The position numbers were made by a program, and so were the translations under genes. Below the pieces are notes generated by a model. It did not search any database. It worked only from the letters and a program-made list of their open reading frames with translations, and was not told the DNA's origin. From Octopus bimaculoides (Eukaryota): DNA of 41,501 nucleotides. Every line of letters begins with the position of its first letter. Within the stretch, counting starts at the first letter, position 1. Of the stretch, positions 14,185 to 26,860 are shown piece after piece. The DNA lies in contig NC_068981.1 in the NCBI RefSeq assembly GCF_001194135.2, positions 15,655,094-15,696,594 on the forward strand, read 5' to 3'.

Positions 14185-14254
14185 NNNNNNNNNNNNNNNN
14201 NNNNNNNNNNNNNNNNNNNNNNNNNNNNNNNNNNNNNNNNNNNNNNNNNNNNNN

Positions 14255-14303
<49 letters not shown>

Positions 14304-14694
14304 CGCGCGCACAAACGCACAAATATACACATGTTTTATTAGCTGGTATTAGAAGAAAATATGAATATTATTATATACGTTTATTTAATAAAGATTTGGT
14401 GAGTTTAAAGTAATATGACTATGATGGCTTTGACAAAGACAGTTGATGAGAAACGATATGTGCAGGTACTGTAGAGATGACAGAACCCGAAATGATAACG
14501 ACACGATGAAGGAAATCGTTACTAAATATAGATGGTTTCTATTTCAATACGACTGTGTAATATCCTGTGTTGTTCCTTCTGTTATTTCTCCGTGTTACAA
14601 ATGTAATTTGTCAGGAATCTGTGTAGTTCAGTGTAGTTAACAGTACGTTGACTATTTAGAGGACATCTTCCAATGAATAAGTCATATATATAAA

Positions 14695-14874
14695 GAAGAA
14701 GAAGAAGAAGAAGAAGAAGAAGAAGAAGAAGAAGAAGAAGAAGAAGAAGAAGAAGAAGAAGAAGAAGAAAAAGAAGAAGAAGAAGAAGAAGAAGAAGAAG
14801 AAGAAGAAAAAGAAGAAGAAGAAGAAGAAGAAGAAGAAGAAGAAGAAGAAGAAGAAGAAGAAGAAGAAGAAGAA
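14695..14874 (+). repeat. (GAA)60 trinucleotide microsatellite
   Basis: 180 bp of GAA units with two G>A interruptions at 14770 and 14809. This explains the poly-L/F/S ORFs in the track. Confidence 0.97.
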
Positions 14875-16184
14875 ACACAATGTGTGTTTTTGCTAATATT
14901 AGATTCATGTACTGAGAGCATGCCAGATATAATTTTTACACGTCTGGTGTCCTAATACTATCATCAGGCACTGCCCATTTGGCATAACAAGCTGAAAGTC
15001 GGTTGACAGGTTAGAGGAAAAACGAGAAAAGGCTGCAAAGAACTAAATATAAATTCGGGAACGTTGAAAAATCGGAAAGGGAAATGGAAATCAGAAAGAA
15101 GCAAAAGGTGATAATTAGAATAATTAGAGTAATATATTTGATGATCTAAGGAGACTCAGATCGTAAAATATAACGCTTAAAAATAGTGGCTTAGAGTCTC
15201 TCCTATAGCTGTTCAATCCAGTCAGAATGGCACTTTGCAATTCGTCAACAGGAACTTGGCCATATTCTTACAAACCCTGACAATTTAGGATCTAGAATTC
15301 AGCATTGTGTTAAAGTTCTTAGATGCGAAAAGTATCTGAGTTCTTTCAGCTACGAATATCTTACATTTATTTTTTGATGTTAATATACAGTGTGGATTTT
15401 TCAACTATTTCCCACTTTATTTTAATGCGATGTGACTTCAACCCTCATACGTATCTAAACAGCGTAGTAGCTTTACTTTCCTCCCTGTGTTGGAAGAAAG
15501 ATATGTGATTAACCTCGCGATATTTCAATTCGCCTTCACATAGCCCGATATAGCTTTTTTCTCATCTTTTGTGATATTATCAAGTATTACTGCAACTTCT
15601 GCCTCATATATGACGCATTTTATCATACATCCCTGGTCGAGTGTATGTAATCATACATCCCCGAGTCTTGACAGTTACAACTGGGGATAGGCTCTTTGTT
15701 TTCTTCTCGTCTAATGATGCTTTTCATATCGGCGCAGCAGCTACATGATAATTTCACTGAGCGCCTATTAAATATTTTCCTGCACCTATGATTTTCTAGA
15801 CAATGTTTGTCTAAGTTTATCTGTTTGTTCCCATGTCCATATCTTTCTATATATGTGTATAGAAAGGCATATATATTTATTCATATCTGTTTGTATATGT
15901 ATGTTTCATATGTACATTAATAATTATGCAACGTCTGTTACATGAATCTTCAACATAATGAAACACCTGCAAACGTATAGAATAAATATCTACTCTCGGT
16001 GTCCAGTTTCTTTTTATCTATCCTATTTACTTTTATACATTCTCTCCATTGTACTTCCTCGATTTTCAAAAGCACGTTAAATTTTACACTAACCTCTACA
16101 ACGGTAATTTTTTGACATGCAATTGGCAATGAGCTTCATGTGAAAAATGTTACGATCTTTGATTCTCTATTACTGATATGCATG

Positions 16185-16196
16185 TATGTATGCATG

Positions 16197-16230
<34 letters not shown>

Positions 16231-16265
16231 TGTGTGTGTATGTATGTATGTATGTATGTATGCAT
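16185..16265. repeat. (TATG)n microsatellite abutting the MULE left end
   Basis: Seen directly in the sequence. Confidence 0.9.
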
Positions 16266-16281
16266 GTACGCATGGATGACT

Positions 16282-16388
16282 GGATAGTTGCGTACTGGAT
16301 ATTTGCGTCCCGGACAACTGCGTACCGACAATCGCGTCCCGGGAGATTTGGATCCCTAAGCAAATGCATCCCTGGACAAATGCGTACC
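16282..16388 (+). repeat. Seven ~15-bp subterminal tandem repeats of the MULE element
   Basis: Units GGATAGTTGCGTACT, GGATATTTGCGTCCC, GGACAACTGCGTACC, GACAATCGCGTCCC, GGGAGATTTGGATCCC, TAAGCAAATGCATCCCT and GGACAAATGCGTACC lie about 260 bp upstream of the transposase ATG. Confidence 0.8.
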
Positions 16389-16651
16389 GCTGGTACATTT
16401 TAATCATAAAAAATTTTTATGTTTACTTTTTTTAAAGCAATTATTTTTTCGGGAGAACACTTTCCAGCATTTGCTCGTTATAACTCATTAATCAAATAGA
16501 TAGTTACCATAAGTGTACACCAACACCAAATGTATATTCCTATTTAAAGCAAAAGAAATTTAAGCTAGCAATTTCATTTAACTCGAGCAGTGCAAACTGT
16601 GAACATCTAATACATTCTGAATTTTATAATTCAGAATTTTATTTGAAACAC

Positions 16652-17969
16652 ATGGCTAAGTTTACAAATTATAACACTGGTGGAAAGATATTTGACGAGG
16701 ATAATTACAGCTACCGTTATCATAAGAAAACCGCCGATGAAACAAAAACATACCGGAGATGTGTAGAGTGATCCTGTAAAGTAAGGATACATAGAGTGAA
16801 TGACTCAGTCTCGACACGATCTAATGAACATAACCATGGATCCTCAGCTACTAAAGTTAGCACACATGAAATTATGTCCGAGTTAAAATCTCTTTCAATT
16901 TCAGTATGTGAACCATTAAGAACTTTTATTGGAGCTTCAATCATTAATGATGATCGCTTTCCAATTGCCAATATGCCTTCTTTATCATCAATGTGAAGAA
17001 ATGTACGTTGATGGAGGTACAATCACAATACGCACCACCAAATCCACAGCAAAGGAATAATTTCGAAATACCGGAATCCTATTCTTTTCTGCCACTGGAG
17101 AATTGTTCTTTGCATTTGATTCTAGCATCGGTGACGAGAATAGAATACTAATATTTGTGATGGAAGATGGCTTAGAAGATTTGATAAATTTTCTTAACTG
17201 GACAGCAGATGCTACCTTTAAAATTAGTCCATCAATATATTATCAGCTATATTGTATCCATATCCAAGTAGGTATATTTAGTATACCCAGTGTTATTTCC
17301 CTTCCTCTAGGTAAGACAAAGGAAACATATCTTCGCCTCTTCGCATATTTGTTGCAGCTGAAACCGTGACTTAATCCAAAATCTTTATTGGCAAACTTTG
17401 AAATAGGAGCTCAGAAAAGTTTTGTTTCCAGAGGTAACAATGAATTCATATATCTTTCATTTATCTACATCTATTTTTAACACAATATGTGACATGGGGT
17501 TAAGAAAACCCCATGTCACATATAGAGAAGATGAAGTATTCAATTTCAAAATTAGATATTTTTCCGAATTATTATTGCTTTCTTTAATTGACGTTATCGA
17601 CGGTTTGATTGAGTTTTCCGATTACTTTGATTTGCCTCCAGAATTTACCGCCTATTCTTTTTTTAATGACATGCATTGGCCAAGCAAGAGGCCAGAGAGG
17701 GATAATGATGGAGCCATTTTTTCTATCGAGTCTTGGAATGCTCGAGGAAGGGTTAAAAATCAGCTATCTAGATCTAATAACAGCTTAGAGGAAGTGCACA
17801 GTGCTTTGCAATATTCTTTATCGTGTCAACACCCCTCTATTTGGAAATTAATTGAGGCACTGAAAGAGGAGTAGGCTATTACCTTAAAAATAAAGGAACC
17901 TTGAATGAGGAATTCTAGTACGGCAAAAGAATAAAACTGCAACTAAGAGAATCATGGCATTATTAGATA
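16652..17969 (+). pseudogene. FLYWCH-MULE (Mutator-like) transposase pseudogene; 3' end lost in N-gap
   Basis: ATG at 16652. FLYWCH-like YSYRYHKK...YRRCVE*SCKVRIH...NEHNH is followed by MULE motifs WTADATFKISPSIYYQLYCIH, LANFEIGA (D>N), SYIFHL (CxxH C>Y), WNARGRV, RSNNSLE and HPSIWKLIEALKEE. It has at least two frameshifts and several stops. Confidence 0.92.
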
Positions 17970-19236
17970 NNNNNNNNNNNNNNNNNNNNNNNNNNNNNNN
18001 NNNNNNNNNNNNNNNNNNNNNNNNNNNNNNNNNNNNNNNNNNNNNNNNNNNNNNNNNNNNNNNNNNNNNNNNNNNNNNNNNNNNNNNNNNNNNNNNNNNN
18101 NNNNNNNNNNNNNNNNNNNNNNNNNNNNNNNNNNNNNNNNNNNNNNNNNNNNNNNNNNNNNNNNNNNNNNNNNNNNNNNNNNNNNNNNNNNNNNNNNNNN
18201 NNNNNNNNNNNNNNNNNNNNNNNNNNNNNNNNNNNNNNNNNNNNNNNNNNNNNNNNNNNNNNNNNNNNNNNNNNNNNNNNNNNNNNNNNNNNNNNNNNNN
18301 NNNNNNNNNNNNNNNNNNNNNNNNNNNNNNNNNNNNNNNNNNNNNNNNNNNNNNNNNNNNNNNNNNNNNNNNNNNNNNNNNNNNNNNNNNNNNNNNNNNN
18401 NNNNNNNNNNNNNNNNNNNNNNNNNNNNNNNNNNNNNNNNNNNNNNNNNNNNNNNNNNNNNNNNNNNNNNNNNNNNNNNNNNNNNNNNNNNNNNNNNNNN
18501 NNNNNNNNNNNNNNNNNNNNNNNNNNNNNNNNNNNNNNNNNNNNNNNNNNNNNNNNNNNNNNNNNNNNNNNNNNNNNNNNNNNNNNNNNNNNNNNNNNNN
18601 NNNNNNNNNNNNNNNNNNNNNNNNNNNNNNNNNNNNNNNNNNNNNNNNNNNNNNNNNNNNNNNNNNNNNNNNNNNNNNNNNNNNNNNNNNNNNNNNNNNN
18701 NNNNNNNNNNNNNNNNNNNNNNNNNNNNNNNNNNNNNNNNNNNNNNNNNNNNNNNNNNNNNNNNNNNNNNNNNNNNNNNNNNNNNNNNNNNNNNNNNNNN
18801 NNNNNNNNNNNNNNNNNNNNNNNNNNNNNNNNNNNNNNNNNNNNNNNNNNNNNNNNNNNNNNNNNNNNNNNNNNNNNNNNNNNNNNNNNNNNNNNNNNNN
18901 NNNNNNNNNNNNNNNNATATATTTATTTATATATATATATAACTTTTCAAAGTAAAATCTGTAATCGTTACCAATATAGCATAAGATTTCACCTCAAAGG
19001 TTCATTGACTAGATTCCTTAAGGATCGTTCTCATTGTTTATATTTCCAAAGTTTCAAATTTATACATTTAAAAAAGAGAGAAATTCAACACCGGAGATTT
19101 ATCCATTATTTTTCATTCAACGTAAACATTTCTGTGTTTGACTATATTCAACCATCAATAAGTTAAATATATTAATCGTCTCACACGTCATCAGGAATGA
19201 TTTTCATTAGAATATATATATATTACTTTTTGTCAA

Positions 19237-19571
19237 GGCGCATGGCTAAATGGTTAGAGCGTCGAGCTTATGATCGTGAGGTTGTGAGTTCGATTCCAGG
19301 ACCGCGCTGCGTGTTGTGTTCTTGAGCAAAACACTTTATTTCACGTTGCTCCAGTTCACTCAGCTGTAGAAATGAGTTGCCACGTTACTGGTGCCAAGCT
19401 GTATCGGCGTTTTTTGCCGTGCCCTTGGATAACATCGGTAGTGTGGAGAGGGGAGGCTGGTATGCATGAGCGGATGCTGGCCTTTCACAAAACAACCTTT
19501 CCCGGACTTATGCCTCGGAGGTTAACTTTGTAGGTGCAATCCCATGGTCATTTATGACCGAAGGAGGTCTC
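19237..19571 (+). mobile_element. tRNA-derived SINE with CORE-like central domain
   Basis: A box TGGCTAAATGG (19243-19253), B box GTTCGATTCC (19288-19297), and CORE-like GTGTTCTTGAGCAAAACACTT...GTTGCTCC. A candidate TSD ATATTACTTT lies at 19220-19229 and 19575-19584. Confidence 0.85.
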
Positions 19572-21621
19572 CTCATATTACTTTCAAATGCTTTCTTGAG
19601 CTATAGTTATTCTCTTTAAATTCCGTAATGTTTTGACAAGATCAGTCGGAAAGTCATCTGTAACATAGTGAACTTGAACTACTTTCTATAGACATTATTG
19701 ATAGCTATTCTTTAAAGTGCGAATGAACCATATCCATGTTCAAAAATTAGTACTTAGACCTCAAAAATAATATTAACCTAATTTTGTAAACAATGTACCA
19801 ATAATGAGAATTAACTTTTATATGCTAATAAAATTATATAATATTGCTTAATGAATAATTTATCTAAAAAAATATGGGTCACACCTATATTACATCCGTT
19901 ACATTATTATTGGAAATCCTACAAATCATCGAGACGAAGGAATATTTATTGATTTCTGTCCATTTATAGTACGTCTAAAGCGAAAGTAATCAATAGTAAC
20001 TTTTCCTCTCCTATCACCTATTTTTTCGTCTAGGAAAAAAAAATGTATTTCTTGTAAATTATTATTTCTATTTCGACAGATTTATGGTATTTTTTTAGTT
20101 GCATCTTCTTATTGAAATATATAAACCCTCAGGGTGATAGTTCCAGGGAAAGAAATAGGATCATTCATTTGTCTAGCTCTAAGATATTGTACAGGGATAT
20201 TTTAATATGTCTCTATTATTTCTGGTAGTATTTAATTTCTGACATCGAGAAAAATGTGCAATTATTAAACTTGTGTATCTGTAACATAAGCTGGAAATTA
20301 GGTTTTTAGTTGTGATATTAGATGTCCGGTATCTTCCAGTTAAGGAGTTAACAGGCGCACAGACACAGAGACACACACACTTATACACATACACCACTAT
20401 ATATAGGGGTAAGTATGTGTGTGAGTGTGTCTGTGTGTGTATGTGTGTGTACGTAGATCGTGTGTGTGTGTGGAGGAGGGTGTTATTTGGAATCATGTTT
20501 GAAAAGTTGTTTTAAGTCACTATGTAGAAATGAAAAGCCCATGGAAACATTTAGAGAAAATGAGACTGTTAGAACTTATCTCCAATGCTGAGACACGAAC
20601 ACACATCGATGTTTAGATTTTAAGCCCTGTCACTTTAAAAATATCCCATTTAATATTGCAAGACATATGTGTTGAATAGTTACAAACTGATATAGTCGAG
20701 AGAGATGGCTGGTAGAATTTAAAAACCAAATATTCTTCCAGAATCAAAAATACGAAAAGAAAATCTTAGGGAAGCAAAAGAAAAAATTCGCAGTACCTGC
20801 CATACGGAGAAACCCTTACGATGAAGGGAAGACACACCATATTTCATAAGTGTTACTTCTCATGCTAGCTGTGCTATGAGACATATCCTAGCCATGAATG
20901 ATCAAAATTATGCATAGGGCTAGTGTATATAAGTAACAAATCAAAGATTAATTTCTTAGAAATTGTCCAAGCATTGCACATCGCCACATTTGAGGAAATG
21001 GGAAATTTGAAAATATTACTTTTATTCACAATAAAGGAAGCAATGATCGACTTTGAAAAGTAAATGTAGACTATTTTATAGGAATTCTAAATCTGAAACT
21101 TAACAGGAAATATTGAACATCGCTACAACAAACAACCACCTGCATGCTGATTAATTTATACTCCGTGTGTATGTGGAAAGCGGAAAGAGTAAAATACTTA
21201 CACAGGCGCTTCCTTCAATAGAGTACATGCCTGTCTGTGTTTTGACGATTTCTGATATTAATAATTACTAAATTAAGAAACTCCTCCAACAAATATTTTA
21301 AGTGTATGAAGTTAAAATTCTTCCCTAAAGGAATTTCAACAATGTGTGTTTGTGTATTTATGTGTGTGTTTGTTTGTATGAGCGAGAGTGTGTTTGTGTG
21401 TGTATGTTCTCTTCTTCCTTATAATTTAGAATACATTTTAACAGTAACTTGCTTGACAGCAAGGTTGTGAATTTTATCTTCTTGCAGATTGTTATTGTTC
21501 TAGACATCGTGACCATGTGTAATGCATGAATTAAAGATTTGTTTTCTCTGTCAAAAGAGAACCGAAGTTCGGCTATACTCTGCTCCAAACGAGTTGGTAT
21601 GTCTCCTCTTACTGCAATAAT

Positions 21622-21835
21622 GATTTCAAATTTTTCCACAAGGGCAGCTTGGGAGAGGAGATTAAGTCAATTACATCGACCCCAGTACGTGTCTGGTACT
21701 TATTTAATCGACCTCGAAATGATGAAAGGACAAGTCGACCTCGGGGGAATTTGAACTCAGAACGTAAAGACAGACAAAATACCGCTAAGCATTTCGCCCG
21801 GAGTGCTCATGATTCTATCGACTCGCCGCCTTCCT
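21622..21835 (-). mobile_element. tRNA-derived SINE (same family as 12918-13130) with 15-bp TSD
   Basis: The reverse complement matches the head and body of the 12918 copy. The exact direct repeat TCTTACTGCAATAAT sits at 21607-21621 and 21836-21850. Confidence 0.92.
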
Positions 21836-22299
21836 TCTTACTGCAATAATATTAGCTATGACGCTGAATGAGTATCTTGGGTACTACATTTGTAAACCCC
21901 TTATCAATGGTCCATAGATGCCCTCTTTCTCTTGTAATTTTCTAACCACATTGGTGTATATAGGATAACTGATTCCCACAACAGAACAAACATATCTGGT
22001 CGGTTGTGTTATAATTTGGTATGTTTTAATTTTTAAGTTCTACTAATATTTTCGATCTCAATATAGTCAACTTCGTATGCAGGTGTTTATTATTATTATT
22101 CAGTAGTTTTATTTTTATAGCGTGCTTTCACTTCACTACCGAGCGCAGCTCTGTGTGCCTTGTTATTATTATTAATTAATTAATTTTATTCTGTTCCGAT
22201 CGTTGTAGCCATCGCATTCATGCCTCACTTGTTCTTGAATTGCATGGAGCTAGCCTTCTAAATACCATGTAAGTATTATATACGCATGTATACTATCCC

Positions 22300-22375
22300 T
22301 GGTAGGTAGGTAGGTAGGTAGGTAGGTAGGTAGGTAGGTATAGGTAGGTATGTATGTATGTATGTATGTATGCAT
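22300..22375. repeat. (GGTA)n-(TGTA)n compound microsatellite
   Basis: Seen directly in the sequence. Confidence 0.9.
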
Positions 22376-22574
22376 GTACGCATGCGTGCTTGTATGGCAG
22401 GCAGGTGGGCCGGCAAGCAGGCTGACTCATTCGTTGGCTATCCTGTGAAGATGGAATCGTAGAGGTAACGTGGAAATGTACGGTATTTTGTTTGAATTTT
22501 TGTTCTGATGAAGTGACCCCATTCAATTTCTTTCAGGCCGAGAAGAAGAGATGCACAAAATAAAGAACTACAAA

Positions 22575-22725
22575 ACGTAATGGATCGACTCTAACACTGA
22601 AATGGTAACTTATGTTATCCAATTCGATAGAATGAAATAGTAAGTTAACCTACGATGGATTCGAACTCAGAATCTCGAATCACATTTTGCAAAGCGAATT
22701 ATCAGTTGTTCTAACGACTCTGCTA
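22575..22725 (-). mobile_element. Old, highly diverged copy of the same SINE family
   Basis: Colinear degenerate matches (ATCGACTC, TGGTAACTTAT, GAATGAAA, TTCGAACTCAGAA, CTAACGACTCTGC) to the better copies. No TSD seen. Confidence 0.55.
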
Positions 22726-22909
22726 ATGTGTATGCAAGGGATGAGTATACCTATGTATATTCTTAAGAAACAGCGTCCGCCTTGCACAGATTTATAAAAT
22801 CTATCAGAAAATGACACTAAGCCTCTGAACTTTACGTTTCACCTGCAAATTTCAGTATGCTAGCAGACACACTGTGGCCCTTAATGTGGGATATCCATTG
22901 TTTATACAT

Positions 22910-23015
22910 ACATGCATACATACATACACACAGACACACACACACACTCACACATAGACACACACACATATACATATACATATACATGTATATGTGTTTG
23001 TCTATACATATATAG

Positions 23016-23102
<87 letters not shown>

Positions 23103-23125
23103 TTATGTATGTATATATACACACA
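22910..23125. repeat. Compound (CA)n/(TA)n microsatellite
   Basis: Seen directly in the sequence. Confidence 0.9.
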
Positions 23126-25972
23126 CGCTCATATACAGGATATCTAGTTGAAGTTGTCACAGCTATTCTATGGAGGCATCAATTTCTTGAATGAGTTATA
23201 ACTTAATCATAAAATGGAAAGTAATTATGGCCAGACTTTTACGATACTATGTAGAACATCTTTAATGAACTAGATTTTCAGCGCTGGCGAGTTCAGATCG
23301 CAATGAAAGGATGTGGTAATCTCATTTTAATTTTCTTTCATACTGAAATTAAATATTCTTTCTAGCGGTCTTGCGAATTATATCACTGCTTATATGATTT
23401 AAACGCCTTTAGAATTCTTCACATCTTTAATATAATTCTGTATATCCAATTTGTTGCATAGTGTCTCCGATGAAACAGCCACCTGACAGTCTGAATCGTT
23501 CTATGCAGAATTGGCTTAATGTTCTATGTGGATTAATATGCTACAGTGGATTTTTTCTTTGTTTTTTTTTATGATAATTCATTGAATATCATTATTAAAC
23601 ATAAGTTAATACACATATATCATATATATGTATATATAATAATATTCATATATTATTGTTTTATGATACATTCTGCTGACTTCATCGCTGTTTCTCATAC
23701 TTCCGTCATCGCTAAAATTAAGCATCTGTAAGCACTGATATAGACGTATAAAACCTCTCATTTCAAAACTGCTGGCCTTGTGTTAAAATTTCTTACTAAT
23801 GTAATTGCTAATGTGTACGCTAACTTCATTACTGAACGCATTGTGAACATTAAACATGGTTTAGTTTAACCACCGATTAAACCTAATCATATCTGACATA
23901 TCCTCAAAAGCTTTTCAACTTGATATATTCCATAATTAAATACCATGCAGAGCATCTAGTATCACACGATCCCGTTTATCCTTTTCAGAAAAGACTTTTG
24001 TGCGTGTGATTTTAGAAAAACTTAACTGCTATTTTTAGCAAACTCGAATGCTATGCAATGTATTGCTTTATATTCATTTTCGATTTTACTGAAATTACAT
24101 TGCGTGCCTTATGTGTGCAGCATAGACTTGTATTATTTTCACTATATTTCGTAAATGAGTAAGTGATAGAACACTTGCTTACATATTCTTCTGCATCTGT
24201 TTTAGTTATTCCCAAAGCACCAATTTCTTCCGAATTTTCTGTCTCAGGTACCTCGTTGTTATCTTTATTTTCAAATTGTGTTTCGATAATTTTCCATTCC
24301 TTGTAGAGATGTTAGTGACGCTTCAGTTGGGAAGTATTTTCTTTCCACTCGCCCTTGACAACAATCTTCGTTCGATTTCCCTTGATATCTCTGTCTCTAA
24401 GGTGTGTGTGTANNNNNNNNNNNNNNNNNNNNNNNNNNNNNNNNNNNNNNNNNNNNNNNNNNNNNNNNNTATATATATATATATGTTTTTGCCCAAGAAT
24501 GTTTACACTCCACTTATCTATAATTATTCCATAATTCTCACATTATTTATGTTCTGTGGAATCTCCCGCCCTTCTGTCCTACCGACGGGTATCGTTTGTC
24601 TTGCTTAAGTGTTATATTTGTACATTTCCAACCTTCAAACATATTGCATATCATTTCTATATTGTTTTTCAGAACACGTTGAGATAGTTTCTAATGGTCT
24701 CTTGAACGACAACTGAGACGTTTATATTCCAATCTTAGAGGCATACAATTCTCAACTAGTGATTTGCCGTTTTCTGTTAACATCGTGTACAAATTTTTTT
24801 GTGTGGTATTGACCATGCAACGATTTGCTTTGAAGGGTTTTGTCATTTTTTCGTAGTTCCATAATTTAGATTTTTGCTTTTTCACTTCTGTTTTATATCC
24901 TCCTTATCCTAAAAGGTGTCACTGACCTCGACGTCAGCTGCGTATTTTGTTTGTGTCGCCATGAAGGCAGGAAACAGTTGTCCTTTAGATGTTTAACTAT
25001 TTGTTTTGATATCATTTCATTTATTACAAGTTGCTTTTGTAGGCCCACAATAGAGATGTTATAACAATGATGATCTTGCTCTCCTACAGCAGATATTGCT
25101 TGATAGTTGTCTGCTTGGAGAAATGACTTAATTCCTTGTATTCATAGTAACAATAATCATTCGATGTAGGAGTTTTGATCATGTTTTCTAAAGAGCAGAC
25201 ATTATTATTTGTTTGTATTAATTTTTCTGTCTAGTCTTATTAATTCATTTTGTGTCTAGTTGCGAATATTAATAGTATAAATTACTCCTAGGATAGCTAG
25301 CTTTTCTGGAAGCTTTTTAGCTATTTATTTATATACAATGAGGTCTGTTTATTATAAATTTAATGCGTTTCTAATATTCATTCCTAAACTTTTCTTTCAA
25401 TCGTGCACGGTGTAACCTGAACAGTAGCTGATTCTTAATTATTTTTTATGTCTGTGTTATTTCTAATTATTTTATCTCTGTTTCTTTATGATGTTGTTTT
25501 ACTAATTAACTTTCTAAATTAATTTCTCTCTATTCAATATAACTCTGGTTCATTTTTCTAACTCAGATCAGATATCACATTACCAAAACTGCGTATAGAC
25601 CATAATTGAGTTTGCATCTTTTTCTTATCTACAATTCACAAATTGACAACCTCCTCCACCATCATATTTGGAACGGAGTTCAGCTTGGTTTAATTTTCAC
25701 GCGAAAGGATTTAGGGCCACACAGATAAAAAAAAAACACAATGGGCAGAATATCTCACTTTAAAATATTTATCTTATAATGCAGATAGGGTGAGGTTTAA
25801 TAATTCATTCCTTTTTATTTCTACAATTGATTGGCATTTATTGCTGGATGTTTTAAATTATTTTCTTATATATGGAGCTACATTATTCATCGACTATGCC
25901 AAAATGATAAACGTATGTGAACACCGTTAGAAAGCTTCTTGTAGTCATCCCATCACATACACATACATTTCT

Positions 25973-26206
25973 TATTTCTTTACTGACCACAAGGGACTAC
26001 ACACAGAGGGAACACACAAGGACAGACAAACGGATTAAGTCGATTATGTCGACCTCAGTGCGTAACTGGTACTTAGTTAATCGACCCCGTAAGGATGAAA
26101 GGCAAAGTGGACCTCGGCGGAATTTGAACTCAGAACGTAGCGGCAGACAAAATACCGCTAAGCACTTCGCTCGGCGTGCTAACGTTTCTGCCAGCTCACC
26201 GCTTTG
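25973..26206 (-). mobile_element. tRNA-derived SINE (same head/body, different tail) with 16-bp TSD
   Basis: Head and body match the other copies. The TSD is ATACACATACATTTCT (25957-25972) vs ATACACGTACATTTCT (26207-26222), 15/16 identical. Confidence 0.92.
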
Positions 26207-26462
26207 ATACACGTACATTTCTGCCTCCCAGTGCACTTCGGATAACGTTTCGATGTTCTAAAATTGTTGCTTAAAATATATTCAACTATACTTTCTTATT
26301 CCCACTCTTCTACAAATAAGCAATGCTTCATATATATGTTTATAAATACGCTGTGTTAAAGTTTCGTAAATTCTATGAACGGTTATAGCTCTTTAGTTTC
26401 CCTTTTGTTTTGATTTTATTTTTGTTACGGAGTATCATGTTGAGCTCCGTGACTATTATTTT

Positions 26463-26860
26463 CTTTCATTCTTTTACTTGTTTCAATCATCTCCCTGTGG
26501 CCATACCGGAGCACCGTCTTAAAGGGATTTTAGTCGAAAGAAATTGACCCCACGACTGAACTTATTTCTTTAGCCTAGTACTTATAATATTGATTATTTT
26601 GCTGAACCGCTAGATTATAGGGACCTAACCACACCAGCACCAATTATCAACTGGTTAAGAGGGGACAATCACAGACAGAAAGACACACACGAATGTATAT
26701 TCACAGATATGTGTGAGTATATGTGTATACGACAGGCTTCTTTCAGTTTCCGCCTACCAACTCCACTCACAAGCCTATAGTAGAAGACGCCTGCCCAAGG
26801 TACCACACAGTGGGACTGAACCAAGAACCATGTGGTTGGTAAGCAAATTACCACACAGCC
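26463..26860 (-). mobile_element. tRNA-derived CORE-type SINE (second family), decayed
   Basis: Plus-strand GAAGACGCCTGCCCAAGGTACCACACAGTGGGACTGAACC...ACCACACAGCC is the reverse complement of a tRNA-like head (B box GGTTCAGTCCC) followed by a CORE-like CCTTGGGCA(A/G)G motif. No clear TSD. Confidence 0.75.

Noticed and set aside
14695-14874. CRISPR-like or prokaryotic arrays anywhere in the window
   Set aside because: There is no repeat-spacer structure. All arrays are simple or tandem repeats in eukaryotic DNA.
14582-14921. Poly-L/F/S ORFs, and likewise the poly-I/M ORFs at 27838-28359 and the YI/CV/HT-rich ORFs elsewhere
   Set aside because: They are translations of microsatellites.
19237-19310. 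tRNA-like sequence with A and B boxes
   Set aside because: The anticodon stem does not pair and the sequence continues into a SINE body. It is a SINE head, not a tRNA gene.
21488-21596. Exon-like segment with good acceptor (TTCTTGCAG) and donor (G/GTATGT)
   Set aside because: All three frames contain stops and there are no partner exons. A non-coding exon cannot be excluded without RNA-seq.
23461-23500. CCGATGA...CAG/CTG...GAATCGTT resembling a PLE ribozyme remnant
   Set aside because: Both core segments are mutated and the stem is misregistered.
24480-24960. Possible LINE 3'-end remnant on the minus strand
   Set aside because: Only vague similarity (IRS*RR...HLLG), and the motifs are not convincing.
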